Below, one piece after another: positions 1 to 9,180 of a DNA stretch of 64,000 nucleotides. The stretch lies in the IMG/VR virus record IMGVR_UViG_2061766007_000699. The stretch is one strand, 5' to 3'. Source of the DNA: an uncultured virus (IMG/VR IMGVR_UViG_2061766007_000699). Lineage: Duplodnaviria; Heunggongvirae; Uroviricota; Caudoviricetes. How positions within the stretch are numbered: the first letter of the stretch is position 1; each line of letters begins with the position of its first letter. Below the pieces are notes generated by a model. The model did no database searches and had not been told where the DNA came from. It worked only from the letters and a program-made list of their open reading frames with translations. A program made the translations under genes and the position numbers.

Positions 1-647
1 AAAAAGCCCCCGTAAACCGCCAAAAACCCCCGCAAAAATTTTTTCTGAAATGGCATAGAGTCAAAAACACAGCCCCATAAAAAATCGCCCCTGAAAGCAA
101 AAGGATGTCAGGTGTGTATCAAGAGGGCCGAGACCTATAGAAAATCCTTTATGATAGGTGTGTGTTTTGAGACGGTCTAATTTTTAGGTGTGTGTTAGGA
201 CGGCCGAGCCCCTAGAACAACAGATAAAGGATTTGTGTGTTTTGAGAGGGCCGGGCAATAGGTGTGGGAGACCTAGACCTTCGGCCCCTCCTATAAAAAA
301 TGGGGTTAACAGAGATTTTCCTCTAAACAGACACACGCCCGACACCAATTTTGGTTTTTTGACACAACCATTAAATTATGGTTATCCATTTTGATTATAT
401 GTTTTAAGTATGTATTTTAACTATTATTAAACCCCCGGCCATCCACGACACCCCCGTCAAAACCCCGTTTCCCTGACAAATATGGCACCCCATTTCCCCA
501 ACATTCCTTGACATCTCCCTAGGCACCTCGGTAATCGGTCGGGCTTTCTATAACACCCCATCCATTCCTGTCATCCTATGTCACCCCAAATCCGCATAGT
601 AAAAGCCGGGTCAGATGTCAAGCAATTTTAATTTTACACCGTTTTCC

Positions 648-676
648 TTGACAATCCTTCCTAGAGAATGTATTTT
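648..676 (+). promoter_or_regulatory. sigma70-type promoter TTGACA-N17-TATTTT with upstream TTTTACA element
   Basis: ttgaca at 648, 17-nt spacer, tatttt; lies upstream of ORF 692. Confidence 0.6.
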
Positions 677-691
677 GAGGGGGTATGAATT

Positions 692-1003
692 ATGGTAGCA
701 GTCTTACAGGAAACGCATAAGAAAGAGATGGGCACTTATTCCACGGTGAACGATTTTATGGGTTATCTATTCAAACGACCATCTAATACCCTCAAGCAGA
801 CAGCAAAGGATTGTTATTTGACCCACAAGAATCCGAAATGGGCTGTAGGCAATAAAATCCGCATTCTTCACATGTCAGGATTTCCCAACTATTCAGGTCG
901 CATCGGCAGAATCCATTATCAGAACAATTTGGGACAGCTCATTGGCTCGTGGGGTCAGATGGCGATTATTCCTGACCAAGACAAATTTGAGCTAGTTCCT
1001 TAA
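692..1003 (+). CDS. hypothetical protein with C-terminal DUF4314-like domain
   Basis: C-terminus GQLIGSWGQMAIIPDQDKFELV resembles ORF 11236-11436 (GQLHGTWGGLAVQPENDSFTVL); promoter and GAGG upstream. Confidence 0.6.
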   Translation: MVAVLQETHKKEMGTYSTVNDFMGYLFKRPSNTLKQTAKDCYLTHKNPKWAVGNKIRILHMSGFPNYSGRIGRIHYQNNLGQLIGSWGQMAIIPDQDKFELVP

Positions 1004-1769
1004 GGCCCTCCTTTGCCCACAATACTAACGGGGGACTCGGAGATACCAACGGCTCTGAGTTCCCCTTTTCTTTTTGTGTGAATAAGAAGATGGCCGGGAT
1101 TTTCATAGATAAAAAAATTAGACACGGCCCACAGGAGCATAAACCGTTACCTAAACCCAATCTGTCTCTCGCCATTCCCCCGGCAATCCTCTTCTCCTCT
1201 CAGCACCTTAAATCTCGTCTTACATCTAGGAATGCGAGATAGCCCAAGAGTAGACACAGGAACGAAGAACAGCTAGCAAATCCCAAGACCAAGAAACCGC
1301 CACAGAGACCTCAAACCCAAATCCACCCAAGAAATCCCCTTCTTTGAATCTCGGCTTACAACGACAAACGAATGCGAGATGGAACAGGAAACAGGCGAAC
1401 AAAGAAAAGTCTCTGAGCAGTTGCCAAGTCACAGGAAAAATTGCTATCATTATTTAGTTTGGCCATCCCATACATACCTTAAAGAACCCGGCCACTTAGG
1501 ATGACATAGGATGACAGGTATTGTGGGGAGATGTGGGGTGACAGGAATGACATGGAAAGCGATGGGGCCAATAGGTTGCCGGATTTAACCATCTAATTTT
1601 TGACCGATTCTTTAGTTAAAAATTTGATTGGTGTTTAGAGGCCGGGCGTTAAACTTGACCCGACATTGTTTTCTTTTCGTGGACATTGTTTTCTTTTTGG
1701 CTGACTTGTTTTCTCGCTCCCACTTCTCCCCATTTTACCCCATTCTTTGTTCTTTTCCGTCCCCTTAAT

Positions 1770-1952
1770 CTATCCACATTTTATCCACAAGTTATCCACA
1801 ATCTATCAACATTCTATCCACAAGTTATCAACATTTTATCAACACCCTATCAAATATAAGAATTGGCGATTTCGGTCTGATTTCAAAGGTCTGACAAATC
1901 TATCCACATTTTATCAACACTCTATCAACATTTTATCCACACTTTATCCCTT
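1770..1952 (+). repeat. two arrays (8 + 5 units) of DnaA-box-like 9-mers at 11-bp period; candidate origin or DnaA-binding region
   Basis: (T/C)TATC(C/A)ACA-type units start at 1770,1781,1792,1803,1814,1825,1836,1847 and 1900,1911,1922,1933,1944 (last unit of each array degenerate); three are the perfect box TTATCCACA. Confidence 0.8.
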
Positions 1953-1987
1953 ATTTCCTTTCTTTTCGGTTTTTTGTTTGATGGCAC

Positions 1988-2016
1988 TTGACACAGGGAT
2001 TTTGATTGTGTATATT
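1988..2016 (+). promoter_or_regulatory. sigma70-type promoter TTGACA-N17-TATATT
   Basis: ttgaca cagggattttgattgtg tatatt, upstream of the plus-strand operon. Confidence 0.6.
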
Positions 2017-2228
2017 TGTTTGCATGTGGCTCTGTAGTTCAATTTCGGTCTTGCGGTTGGTCTTCCATATTTTTGTAGTTGGAGAATATGGGGTTGCCAC
2101 GGCTGACTGCTTTTCCTTTGTAGAACGAGACCCCAACTTTGGTCTAGATGAGGGTCAAATCCCTCCTGAGCCTCGTTTTTTACAATGAGTTTACATTTCT
2201 CTTCGTTGGGTTTTGCTAGGTTTGTGAT

Positions 2229-2525
2229 ATGACTGCTGAAGAACTCATGTCTGTTATTCAGAAGAGACTGATTGCGGATGGTCTTGGTTTCTACAGGACT
2301 TACGACCCTCTCTTGATTATTATCGCTTCGTCTCTTGAGCAGTCTGTTTCTGTTCATGTGGAGCCCGGCCCTTCTAACGATTCCTCTGTTTCCGTTCGCT
2401 ATCGGTCTTCTCATGCTTCGGAAACTTATTACCTTCGGAACTGCGAGGACATTCCTTCCGCTCTTGTTTCTGTTTTGAACATGGTTTTACTCAAACACGG
2501 TCTATTCATCAAGGAGGCTCTATGA
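2229..2525 (+). CDS. hypothetical protein
   Basis: 98-aa ORF with ATGA overlap to the next gene. Confidence 0.65.
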   Translation: MTAEELMSVIQKRLIADGLGFYRTYDPLLIIIASSLEQSVSVHVEPGPSNDSSVSVRYRSSHASETYYLRNCEDIPSALVSVLNMVLLKHGLFIKEAL

Positions 2526-2764
2526 CTGACACTCTTGACACTCTGAAATCGTCTTTGGAGCGGTTTGGGTTTTATCCTTCTCCTGACCCCTACAATCCTT
2601 CCAATGTTCTCGTTGGCGGGGTGAAGGGGTATCTCGTTGAAGTGGAACGGACTTCCGACAGCTTCAGGGTGTTGACCTATTCGTGCTCCACTCAGGTCTA
2701 CAACTACGATGACTTCTCGTATGTTTCCGATGTCATTGGATTTCTGCGGGGGCTCGTGGCATGA
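2522..2764 (+). CDS. hypothetical protein
   Basis: AGGAGG Shine-Dalgarno; ATGA overlaps at both ends. Confidence 0.7.
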   Translation: MTDTLDTLKSSLERFGFYPSPDPYNPSNVLVGGVKGYLVEVERTSDSFRVLTYSCSTQVYNYDDFSYVSDVIGFLRGLVA

Positions 2765-2910
2765 TGTTTGATTTTGAAAGTGCCGAAATCGGGCGGATTG
2801 AACGGTTTTTGTTCAAGGCGGCTGAACTCGTCTGTTGCGTGTTGTTCACGGGGCTCATGATTCTCACCGTCATTGGCTTTTCCAAACTTCTCTTTTGGTT
2901 CCTGTTCTAG
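2761..2910 (+). CDS. small membrane peptide (49 aa)
   Basis: hand translation MMFDFESAEIGRIERFLFKAAELVCCVLFTGLMILTVIGFSKLLFWFLF; coupled to the previous gene. Confidence 0.6.
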   Translation: MMFDFESAEIGRIERFLFKAAELVCCVLFTGLMILTVIGFSKLLFWFLF

Positions 2911-2918
2911 GAGGATGT

Positions 2919-3047
2919 ATGATGTCTTCGTTTCTCACCGCTCTCGCCATCACCTTTGGCATTTGCACGGGCTTGGTGTTGGCCTTGTGCGTTGCGTTGC
3001 TCCTGTTCATTCTGACTCTGAAGATTGGCGATAAGATTCTCCTGTAG
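2919..3047 (+). CDS. small membrane peptide (42 aa)
   Basis: GGAGG SD, then MMSSFLTALAITFGICTGLVLALCVALLLFILTL... Confidence 0.6.
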   Translation: MMSSFLTALAITFGICTGLVLALCVALLLFILTLKIGDKILL

Positions 3048-3064
3048 CTCTCTTGGGATTTCTC

Positions 3065-3229
3065 ATGTTCATAGTTCTCTATACCCTTGGAGTGATATGC
3101 TACGCTATTGGAGTTTGGTGCATGACTTGGCACGCTGTTCATGACCATGACCTGTTGGGAATTGTCCTAGGTGTGGCCTTGGTGAATGTGGGGCTTTGGC
3201 TAGGTATCTGTTTCCACCGCCACGATTGA
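3065..3229 (+). CDS. small two-helix membrane peptide (54 aa)
   Basis: hand translation MFIVLYTLGVICYAIGVWCMTWHAVHDHDLLGIVLGVALVNVGLWLGICFHRHD. Confidence 0.55.
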   Translation: MFIVLYTLGVICYAIGVWCMTWHAVHDHDLLGIVLGVALVNVGLWLGICFHRHD

Positions 3230-3239
3230 GGTTTCTTTC

Positions 3240-3368
3240 ATGCTCAATATTCTGCTAGGTTTCGCTGTTGGCTTTGCCGTCAGTTTCTTGGTCAGCTACT
3301 TCTTGGGGACTTTGATTTTCCGCATGGAGTTTGACGGTATGGAAGACGATGAATCTTGCGAACGATAA
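3240..3368 (+). CDS. small membrane peptide with acidic tail (42 aa)
   Basis: GAGG SD; MLNILLGFAVGFAVSFLVSYFLGTLIFRMEFDGMEDDESCER. Confidence 0.6.
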   Translation: MLNILLGFAVGFAVSFLVSYFLGTLIFRMEFDGMEDDESCER

Positions 3369-3407
3369 ATAACCCTGTCAATATCAATTCCAACACACAG
3401 GACGAAT

Positions 3408-3569
3408 ATGGCGAATCGCTACAACCCTTCCGAATTTGAAGACGAATACGAAGATGACGAATACGAAGGGTTTATCCCTCAGAAGACGATTTCCAAAATC
3501 CATTCCAAGCAACGAGATTTGGAAAGGCGTGAGACCCGGCGCAAGAACGCTAGAAGCAGTGGTTTCTAG
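3408..3569 (+). CDS. small acidic/basic protein (53 aa)
   Basis: AGGA SD; MANRYNPSEFEDEYEDDEYEGF...RRETRRKNARSSGF; GATAAATA upstream. Confidence 0.6.
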   Translation: MANRYNPSEFEDEYEDDEYEGFIPQKTISKIHSKQRDLERRETRRKNARSSGF

Positions 3570-3726
3570 GGGGCCTGTGTCCTACACCTGTCCGTGGTGA
3601 AACGGGCTTCTAGGGGCCTCTCTGTTTGTCTCAGAGGGTGCTAGGAGTTTGGAGCAGTTTCGCTTATTTCTGCTTGGGAGATTGGGCAGAAATCCTAAAT
3701 GCCCAAAATAGACGATTTTAATATAA

Positions 3727-3761
3727 AAAGATGACCGCCCTGTTTGTGGGCGGTCATCTTT
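3727..3761. terminator. bidirectional intrinsic terminator between convergent units
   Basis: aaagatgaccgccc-tgtttgt-gggcggtcatcttt perfect inverted repeat. Confidence 0.8.
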
Positions 3762-3782
3762 GTGTATATTGGATTTTATTGT

Positions 3783-4586
3783 TTAATCACCATAACATTG
3801 TTTGATAACTTCATCTCCAATGTCTTTCAAAGAGTCATTATCTTCAACTCTAACAGTAAACCAATACTCAGCGACTAGGAGCTCTTCACCTTCTTCATAT
3901 TCATAGTCATTTTCAACTTCTTCTGTCCCTGAAACATCGCTAGTGGAAAGTGAAAGAATCAGACATTCCTCGGCTGTGTCTTGATTAGTCCTGACATCAA
4001 ATACAACATTACCATTGATAGGTTCATAGTCCTTTGCCAAATCCACTAGACCATCAAAATCTAGGACATCGCCTTCCTTGCAAGAGGCGGTATATCGTTT
4101 GTCATTTACAGTTACTTCAACACACTTGAATACTAGCTTGCTGTAATCGGTATCTAGCCGTCCATAGGCTTCCTTCAACAACTTGGTGAATCTAGGAGAC
4201 ATGCGATTTTCTTTGAGAGACCGCTTGCGGAGGGGTCTGTGGGATTCCTTGACTAGATTGCTGTCATGTTTCATGTCATCTACCAATCCTTCAGTGACAT
4301 CCCCCATACCCCTAGCTATGTAACCCGCACCAATCAGGTATAGAGCCTCGTGGTCTTGAAATTCCTGACAAAAATCATGGTCATCCATATCAGGAGAAGG
4401 GCGCAAGTCTTTGCTCATCATTCCTAGAGCTACAAGGCCATCGCTAATCAAACCTACCTGTTGCCATTCAAACCATCCGCCATTGCGGTAATTAGCCAAG
4501 ATTCTCATGCCTTTTTCTGTTTCGGTCAGCTTTTTGCAAACCGCTTCAAGGTCATCCAATATGGCCATCTGTTCTTTCGTCATCAT
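3783..4586 (-). CDS. two-module acidic protein with basic ES..LKE linker (putative head internal protein)
   Basis: linker LVKESHRPLRKRSLKENRMSPRFTKLLKEA; CTAAATA upstream at 4669; start moved to MMTKEQ after GAGG. Confidence 0.65.
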   Translation of the reverse strand: MMTKEQMAILDDLEAVCKKLTETEKGMRILANYRNGGWFEWQQVGLISDGLVALGMMSKDLRPSPDMDDHDFCQEFQDHEALYLIGAGYIARGMGDVTEGLVDDMKHDSNLVKESHRPLRKRSLKENRMSPRFTKLLKEAYGRLDTDYSKLVFKCVEVTVNDKRYTASCKEGDVLDFDGLVDLAKDYEPINGNVVFDVRTNQDTAEECLILSLSTSDVSGTEEVENDYEYEEGEELLVAEYWFTVRVEDNDSLKDIGDEVIKQCYGD

Positions 4587-4667
4587 GACTATCCCTCGTA
4601 AATTCATAAAAACCCCGCATGGTGGGCATTGTCAAAAAGACAAGATGCGAGCGGGGTCTTGTCTTAA

Positions 4668-4841
4668 CTATTTAGATGATAACTCTTCTCCATAGTGGAT
4701 GATGAGGATTGCTATGAGCGCAATTCCAAAACAGATGTTGAGTTCGCCGCCAAGAAAATGATGGTAAAACAAAGTCAAGAAAGAGATGGTGATTATCTCA
4801 ACAACAATCTTGAACATCCACAATAGAAAATTGGTTAGCAT
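4668..4841 (-). CDS. small membrane protein (57 aa)
   Basis: hand translation MLTNFLLWMFKIVVEIITISFLTLFYHHFLGGELNICFGIALIAILIIHYGEELSSK fills the gap in the operon. Confidence 0.5.
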   Translation of the reverse strand: MLTNFLLWMFKIVVEIITISFLTLFYHHFLGGELNICFGIALIAILIIHYGEELSSK

Positions 4842-4845
4842 TAGG

Positions 4846-5061
4846 TTAATCTTTGTTGATAGCAGTTAGTAGGATTGTGGGGTCTTCCTGAACGGCCTTC
4901 ACTAGTCGCTTGACTTTCGCACAGGTTTCGGGCTTGCCGTCTCTAATGGCACAAAACTTTGCGGGGCATTTGCTACAACTCACATTCGTTTCCGAATTGG
5001 CCCATTCACGAAGAGCGGAAAATTCTCGCTCCATCTTGCGCATGAATTGCACTTCGGTCAT
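4846..5061 (-). CDS. hypothetical Cys-rich protein
   Basis: CSKCPAKFC...C; tight packing in operon. Confidence 0.6.
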   Translation of the reverse strand: MTEVQFMRKMEREFSALREWANSETNVSCSKCPAKFCAIRDGKPETCAKVKRLVKAVQEDPTILLTAINKD

Positions 5062-5064
5062 GGC

Positions 5065-5472
5065 TCAATCCTTTGAAGACACTTCTAGAATTTCATTGAC
5101 TTCGTTGACAGAAGTCCTTTCTCGCAAGTTTGTCATCAGATATTCCTGTGTAGTTGCTGAAAGAAATTCATCGTTGGCCAAGAACTTCTCAATCTTGGAT
5201 TTGAACTCAGGGTCATCAGTTCGGAAACAATTTATCCCATCGCCATACCAATAATATCCATCGTAGCTGATTCTCTCAACATATATTCTTACGAATGGGG
5301 GCCATATCGTATCTATCGCTTTCTCTTCATCAGACAGCGACACGGCTTCAACTAGACACTTGAGAGCGGACTTGAACTTTTCAAAAGACGAAGTGCAACA
5401 GACTTCCACTTTGCTGTAGTTGTCATGCTTTATATTCAGCATGTATTGTTCAATCTTCTTTTTGTCAGTCAT
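5065..5472 (-). CDS. hypothetical protein
   Basis: GGAG SD; tight packing. Confidence 0.65.
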   Translation of the reverse strand: MTDKKKIEQYMLNIKHDNYSKVEVCCTSSFEKFKSALKCLVEAVSLSDEEKAIDTIWPPFVRIYVERISYDGYYWYGDGINCFRTDDPEFKSKIEKFLANDEFLSATTQEYLMTNLRERTSVNEVNEILEVSSKD

Positions 5473-5702
5473 ACTAGTTCTCCGTTGTCAGGATTGAATA
5501 GTCTTTTGGGGAATATCCAAACCGATTCAACTCCTCTTCAGCAGACTCCATTCTGTTGAATATCTTTGCATTTTCCTCGCCTTTTACGAAAGTTCTTCCA
5601 TTCCAAAAAGAACAGAATATACAAGCACTACCGACATCTGCATCACAACGGACAATATATTTCGTTTCTTCTGCCTCAGCGTTCGCCCTGTTGTTCAGGA
5701 AA

Positions 5703-5969
5703 CTATTTGGCGATTTCAGCCCCGTTTATCATTTTGCCGACCCCGGCAAAATGGTCAGCATCGTCTTCCTTGGTGTATGCCAAATGCGTGTTGCTCTTCA
5801 TCGCATAGGTGAAGTAGTCTTTCAGATTTCGGATTGCGTTCCTGTAATCGCTCAGCTCGTATCCAAAAGACGGAAACGAATCCTTGTAATTCTTAATATC
5901 GTGCTCAAGGAAATCGTCTATGCTCTTGAGCACATCAACAGTTTCCTTCAGGTCAATCAGGTATCTCAT
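5703..5969 (-). CDS. hypothetical protein
   Basis: ATGA-coupled to the upstream gene. Confidence 0.65.
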   Translation of the reverse strand: MRYLIDLKETVDVLKSIDDFLEHDIKNYKDSFPSFGYELSDYRNAIRNLKDYFTYAMKSNTHLAYTKEDDADHFAGVGKMINGAEIAK

Positions 5970-6190
5970 CGTTCAATCAGCTCCAAGATGTTTGGGTATA
6001 GGATGACTTCGTATAGCTTGCGCATTTCCTGTGTTGTCTTTCCTAAATAGTCTGCCAACTCTCTGAACAACTCAGGAGCGGAAACTTCCTTCTCGTTTAG
6101 GAAATAGGACATCTTGTTGTTTGGCAACATTACCCCTGACAAATAAGCGTTCTTGTGCTCGTTGACGAAATCAAGTATCTTGTTTTTCAT
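5966..6190 (-). CDS. hypothetical protein
   Basis: operon packing. Confidence 0.6.
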   Translation of the reverse strand: MKNKILDFVNEHKNAYLSGVMLPNNKMSYFLNEKEVSAPELFRELADYLGKTTQEMRKLYEVILYPNILELIER

Positions 6191-6196
6191 CTTCTA

Positions 6197-6586
6197 TCAC
6201 CCACAGGTGATTTCAGGCCCCTTCGGAAAATCGTTGGGAGAGTTCCAAGGATATTCCCAAGGCTTGTTCCACTTCTCAGGGTCATTCTTCGGAGTGTTGA
6301 TGGGCTTGACCACAGGGGCTTCGTATCGCTGAGTTGGAATGGTGAGAGTCATCCTGTCTAGTTGCTTTTGAAGGTGCTCAATCCGCTCATTCAACATCTT
6401 CGTCTTTTCGCTCTCGCCCGTCATGACAGCGTATTGGTCTCCAAGGCAACATTCGTGAATGATGTTGTTCACCTTCTGAAGAGCGGACAAAAGAGTTTCG
6501 TCTCGCTCCGCTTTGTCCTGAACGAAAGCCGCTGACAACAGACTCTGAATGGCGAATAGCTCGTCAATGAAATCGTTTCGCTTCAT
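6197..6586 (-). CDS. hypothetical protein
   Basis: GGAGG SD; abuts the upstream gene. Confidence 0.65.
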   Translation of the reverse strand: MKRNDFIDELFAIQSLLSAAFVQDKAERDETLLSALQKVNNIIHECCLGDQYAVMTGESEKTKMLNERIEHLQKQLDRMTLTIPTQRYEAPVVKPINTPKNDPEKWNKPWEYPWNSPNDFPKGPEITCG

Positions 6587-6877
6587 CTACTTTTCCTCCA
6601 CGATTACGATAGCGTTGTAGACCATGTTTCGCTTGCCGTTAATGTCAAAGACTATTGCACCCTGTTCGTTGTTGGAGATGTCAAATTTGCCCGTCCAAGA
6701 GCCAATGACATCTCCCGTATACGAATATGCCGTAAGAGTCCTCTTCATCCCAACGGCTGAGGATTTGAGCGACTTCATTGAACGCCCAACGGCCTCGCAC
6801 CCTGACAGAGTGCACAACAAAGCAATCAGGACAATGATAGAAACCAAACCGATTTGCTGACTGATGTTTCGCAACAT
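6587..6877 (-). CDS. putative lipoprotein (DUF5052-like)
   Basis: hydrophobic signal with lipobox LSGC, then RTLTAYSYTG...GKFDI. Confidence 0.6.
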   Translation of the reverse strand: MLRNISQQIGLVSIIVLIALLCTLSGCEAVGRSMKSLKSSAVGMKRTLTAYSYTGDVIGSWTGKFDISNNEQGAIVFDINGKRNMVYNAIVIVEEK

Positions 6878-6895
6878 ATTGACCTCTTGTTAGGA

Positions 6896-7117
6896 TTATT
6901 CCAAAGCCATGGAGACGGGGTAGCTGTTTAGAATGGCCTTGGCACACCATGTCTTGTTGTAACCGCTGAGAACGATTGATTCGGGATAGTCGCTGTCTTC
7001 ATAAAAGATTTCAACGACAAGATGACCGTATTCGTTTTCCTTGGTCTCCAAAGTCACGCTCTTGGGTAGGACAGAGCGGACGGCTTCCACGGCTTTGAGC
7101 TGTTCTTCGTTTTTCAT
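6896..7117 (-). CDS. hypothetical protein
   Basis: GAGGAG SD. Confidence 0.65.
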   Translation of the reverse strand: MKNEEQLKAVEAVRSVLPKSVTLETKENEYGHLVVEIFYEDSDYPESIVLSGYNKTWCAKAILNSYPVSMALE

Positions 7118-7131
7118 GTTAGTCTCCTCGT

Positions 7132-7431
7132 TTATAGGATTCGGTCAATGATGTCCCATCCCTCAATCACATAGATTCCGTGGTCAAGGAAATAGTCGCA
7201 GTTCGGATGGAATTGTTCAATGCCAATTGTGCCAAGACCAACACCAAACATGTTGCAAGCCTCGTAGCAAAGTGCCGCCCATCCGTATCTAGAATCTTTA
7301 TCAGGGGAAACATGACCCTTCTTCTTGCATTGTTCCAAAATAGCTTCAATGTCTTCCCTGTATCCATTCCAATGCGTGTATAGGCATAGTCCGTTTTCGT
7401 CCTTAGTTCTGATGATGGCCCGTTCACCCAT
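7132..7431 (-). CDS. conserved phage hypothetical protein (YxHWxG type)
   Basis: MGERAII...LYTHWNGY motif. Confidence 0.65.
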   Translation of the reverse strand: MGERAIIRTKDENGLCLYTHWNGYREDIEAILEQCKKKGHVSPDKDSRYGWAALCYEACNMFGVGLGTIGIEQFHPNCDYFLDHGIYVIEGWDIIDRIL

Positions 7432-7454
7432 TTGCTAATCCTTTGTTTGTAGGT

Positions 7455-7835
7455 TTACTTTTTCTTGTTGGACACCTTGCGATAGTCTTCTACCTTTGGA
7501 ATCAGTTTCTGATTGTCCCAAACATAATCAGCGAATCGTTGCCAATTGGCTTCAATCTGATTCCAAACATCAATCTTGTAGCCGCTGTCGTTTTCATGCA
7601 TGGGCCACGGACACAGCAGAAGTTCATACTCGCACTTGCTCCAAAAGCAATAGCGCAAGATACGGCCAAGTTCCTCTTCAAATTCCTTCCGCTCCAACTT
7701 CTTCTTCTTCAGAGCATACAGGTCAAGGGAAAACCTGTAGTGGTCAAAGATGTTGTAGGTCTTTGGCTCATACGGCTCGTTACCGCTCCATGCCGTAGGA
7801 TATTCCCACACAAACCATTCAAGTTTCTTCTTCAT
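7455..7835 (-). CDS. conserved phage hypothetical protein
   Basis: FWSKCEYE...KIDVWNQIEANW motif; SD present. Confidence 0.65.
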   Translation of the reverse strand: MKKKLEWFVWEYPTAWSGNEPYEPKTYNIFDHYRFSLDLYALKKKKLERKEFEEELGRILRYCFWSKCEYELLLCPWPMHENDSGYKIDVWNQIEANWQRFADYVWDNQKLIPKVEDYRKVSNKKK

Positions 7836-8136
7836 GTTTCACTTCTCCGTAGGTCTTTGAACGAATATCGTAACCGATTTCCTTGGCCATCTCGTCAATC
7901 AGATTCATGAGGTTGACATAGAAATTATCGGTATCGTGATTGCATTCGTTGACACATAGCAACACGAAGTCAATCTTCTCCTGTCTGTCCTTGATGGCCT
8001 TGTATTCTTTCACTACCGTGGCGATTTCGTTTTGAACTAGGTCTCGCTCAACATCGCCATATCGCACTTCATCGGAAACTTCGTCTTCACGAAGCAGAAG
8101 TTCCAATGCTCGTTGTTCCAATTCTCGCTTAGTCAT
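7819..8136 (-). CDS. hypothetical protein
   Basis: GAGG SD; operon packing. Confidence 0.65.
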   Translation of the reverse strand: MTKRELEQRALELLLREDEVSDEVRYGDVERDLVQNEIATVVKEYKAIKDRQEKIDFVLLCVNECNHDTDNFYVNLMNLIDEMAKEIGYDIRSKTYGEVKHEEET

Positions 8137-8158
8137 CGTTTACCTCTGAAAGATAGTA

Positions 8159-8560
8159 TCACTCTTCGTTTTCGTCAAGGGGCTCGCCAACATAATTTTT
8201 CTTGGCAATCTTTTCGTTGCGCTTCATCATGGACACGGCCTTGGCGGCAAACGGCCCAAGAATGGTCTGACCTCTCTTGGATGTCTCAATGAGCATTACA
8301 CACTTATTCTTTTTGCTGTCGCACCTATGTTCGGAGCGCACAGTAATACCCCAAGTATTTCCTCCCGAAGTCTTGTATTCTCCATACCATTCCGCATAGT
8401 CCGAATAGAGACTAGAGTCCCACTTGGATTCAATTCGGCTCATCGCTGTCTTTCCTGTATTCATAGACCACAGGATAGAGCGGAGGGTCTTTTCAGTCTG
8501 CTCGTTGGCATTGAGCATGTGGAGCTTTTCTAGAGTTTCCTTGGTAGTCTTCCTAGGCAT
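8159..8560 (-). CDS. hypothetical protein
   Basis: GAGG SD. Confidence 0.65.
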   Translation of the reverse strand: MPRKTTKETLEKLHMLNANEQTEKTLRSILWSMNTGKTAMSRIESKWDSSLYSDYAEWYGEYKTSGGNTWGITVRSEHRCDSKKNKCVMLIETSKRGQTILGPFAAKAVSMMKRNEKIAKKNYVGEPLDENEE

Positions 8561-8636
8561 AGTTTACCTCGTTTGTTGGAGATTGATGGAAGTGGTGTTA
8601 TACTAGCAGTTTTGTCGCTTTTCTGTTATTATAACA

Positions 8637-9008
8637 TCACATTTCTTTTAGTGAACTGACAATTCCTTCGGCAATGATTTCCGCAGTATGCTTGTTGAAA
8701 TACCCTCGCACTTTCGCTTTCCCGCAAACTCTGAAGAACTCGTTTGCAGCGACACACAATTCGTTCGCAAAGCGAATGTGGTCTTCTTTCTTGAGAGAAT
8801 GGTCATTCAACTCAGCAATTTCTTCGTCGGTAGGATAATAAGGCTGTTCATCGCACGGTTCAAAGTATTCCCTAGGAGCGGCTTTCGCCTCTTCCAAATA
8901 TTTGATGAAGTCGCTGTCCGTTTCAGCGGTTTCCTTCTTCTCAGGAGCCGTTGGAGTTCCAATAACAGCGTTGAAAATCTTGTTCCAACATTCATATTCT
9001 TTCATCAT
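8637..9008 (-). CDS. hypothetical protein
   Basis: AGGAG SD; promoter at 9055-9100. Confidence 0.65.
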   Translation of the reverse strand: MMKEYECWNKIFNAVIGTPTAPEKKETAETDSDFIKYLEEAKAAPREYFEPCDEQPYYPTDEEIAELNDHSLKKEDHIRFANELCVAANEFFRVCGKAKVRGYFNKHTAEIIAEGIVSSLKEM

Positions 9009-9054
9009 TTCAGTTCTCCTGTTGGAGTTTGGGTGGTTTCAAGTTTCTAATTCA

Positions 9055-9100
9055 AATATACATTCTTGAAATGGAATTGGAGCAAAAATCTTTGTAAAAT
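9055..9100 (-). promoter_or_regulatory. promoter with TTTTACAAAGA element 28 nt upstream of TATATT
   Basis: same architecture recurs near 11485-11530, 11777-11822 and 15865-15910. Confidence 0.6.
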
Positions 9101-9143
9101 CTCGCTTAACATCATTTCTCAAAAACCTAAACTTGGTTAAAAA

Positions 9144-9173
9144 GAAAAGCGGGACAAATCTCATCCCGCTTTT
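9144..9173 (-). terminator. intrinsic terminator after tRNA-Arg
   Basis: aaaagcggga...tcccgctttt inverted repeat with U-tract on the minus strand. Confidence 0.7.
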
Positions 9174-9180
9174 CTGTTCA

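Noticed and set aside
1770..1952. CRISPR array
   Set aside because: The repeats are 9-11 bp with no unique spacers.
1747..2414. ORFs 1747-2037 (+) and 1944-2414 (-)
   Set aside because: The first is a translation of the 11-bp repeat array; the second overlaps a promoter and a better plus-strand gene.
4610..4660. Fifth copy of the conserved leader hairpin (TGGGCATTGTCAAAAAGA)
   Set aside because: The similarity is on the opposite strand to the gene and lacks the GCTC stem half; too weak to count.
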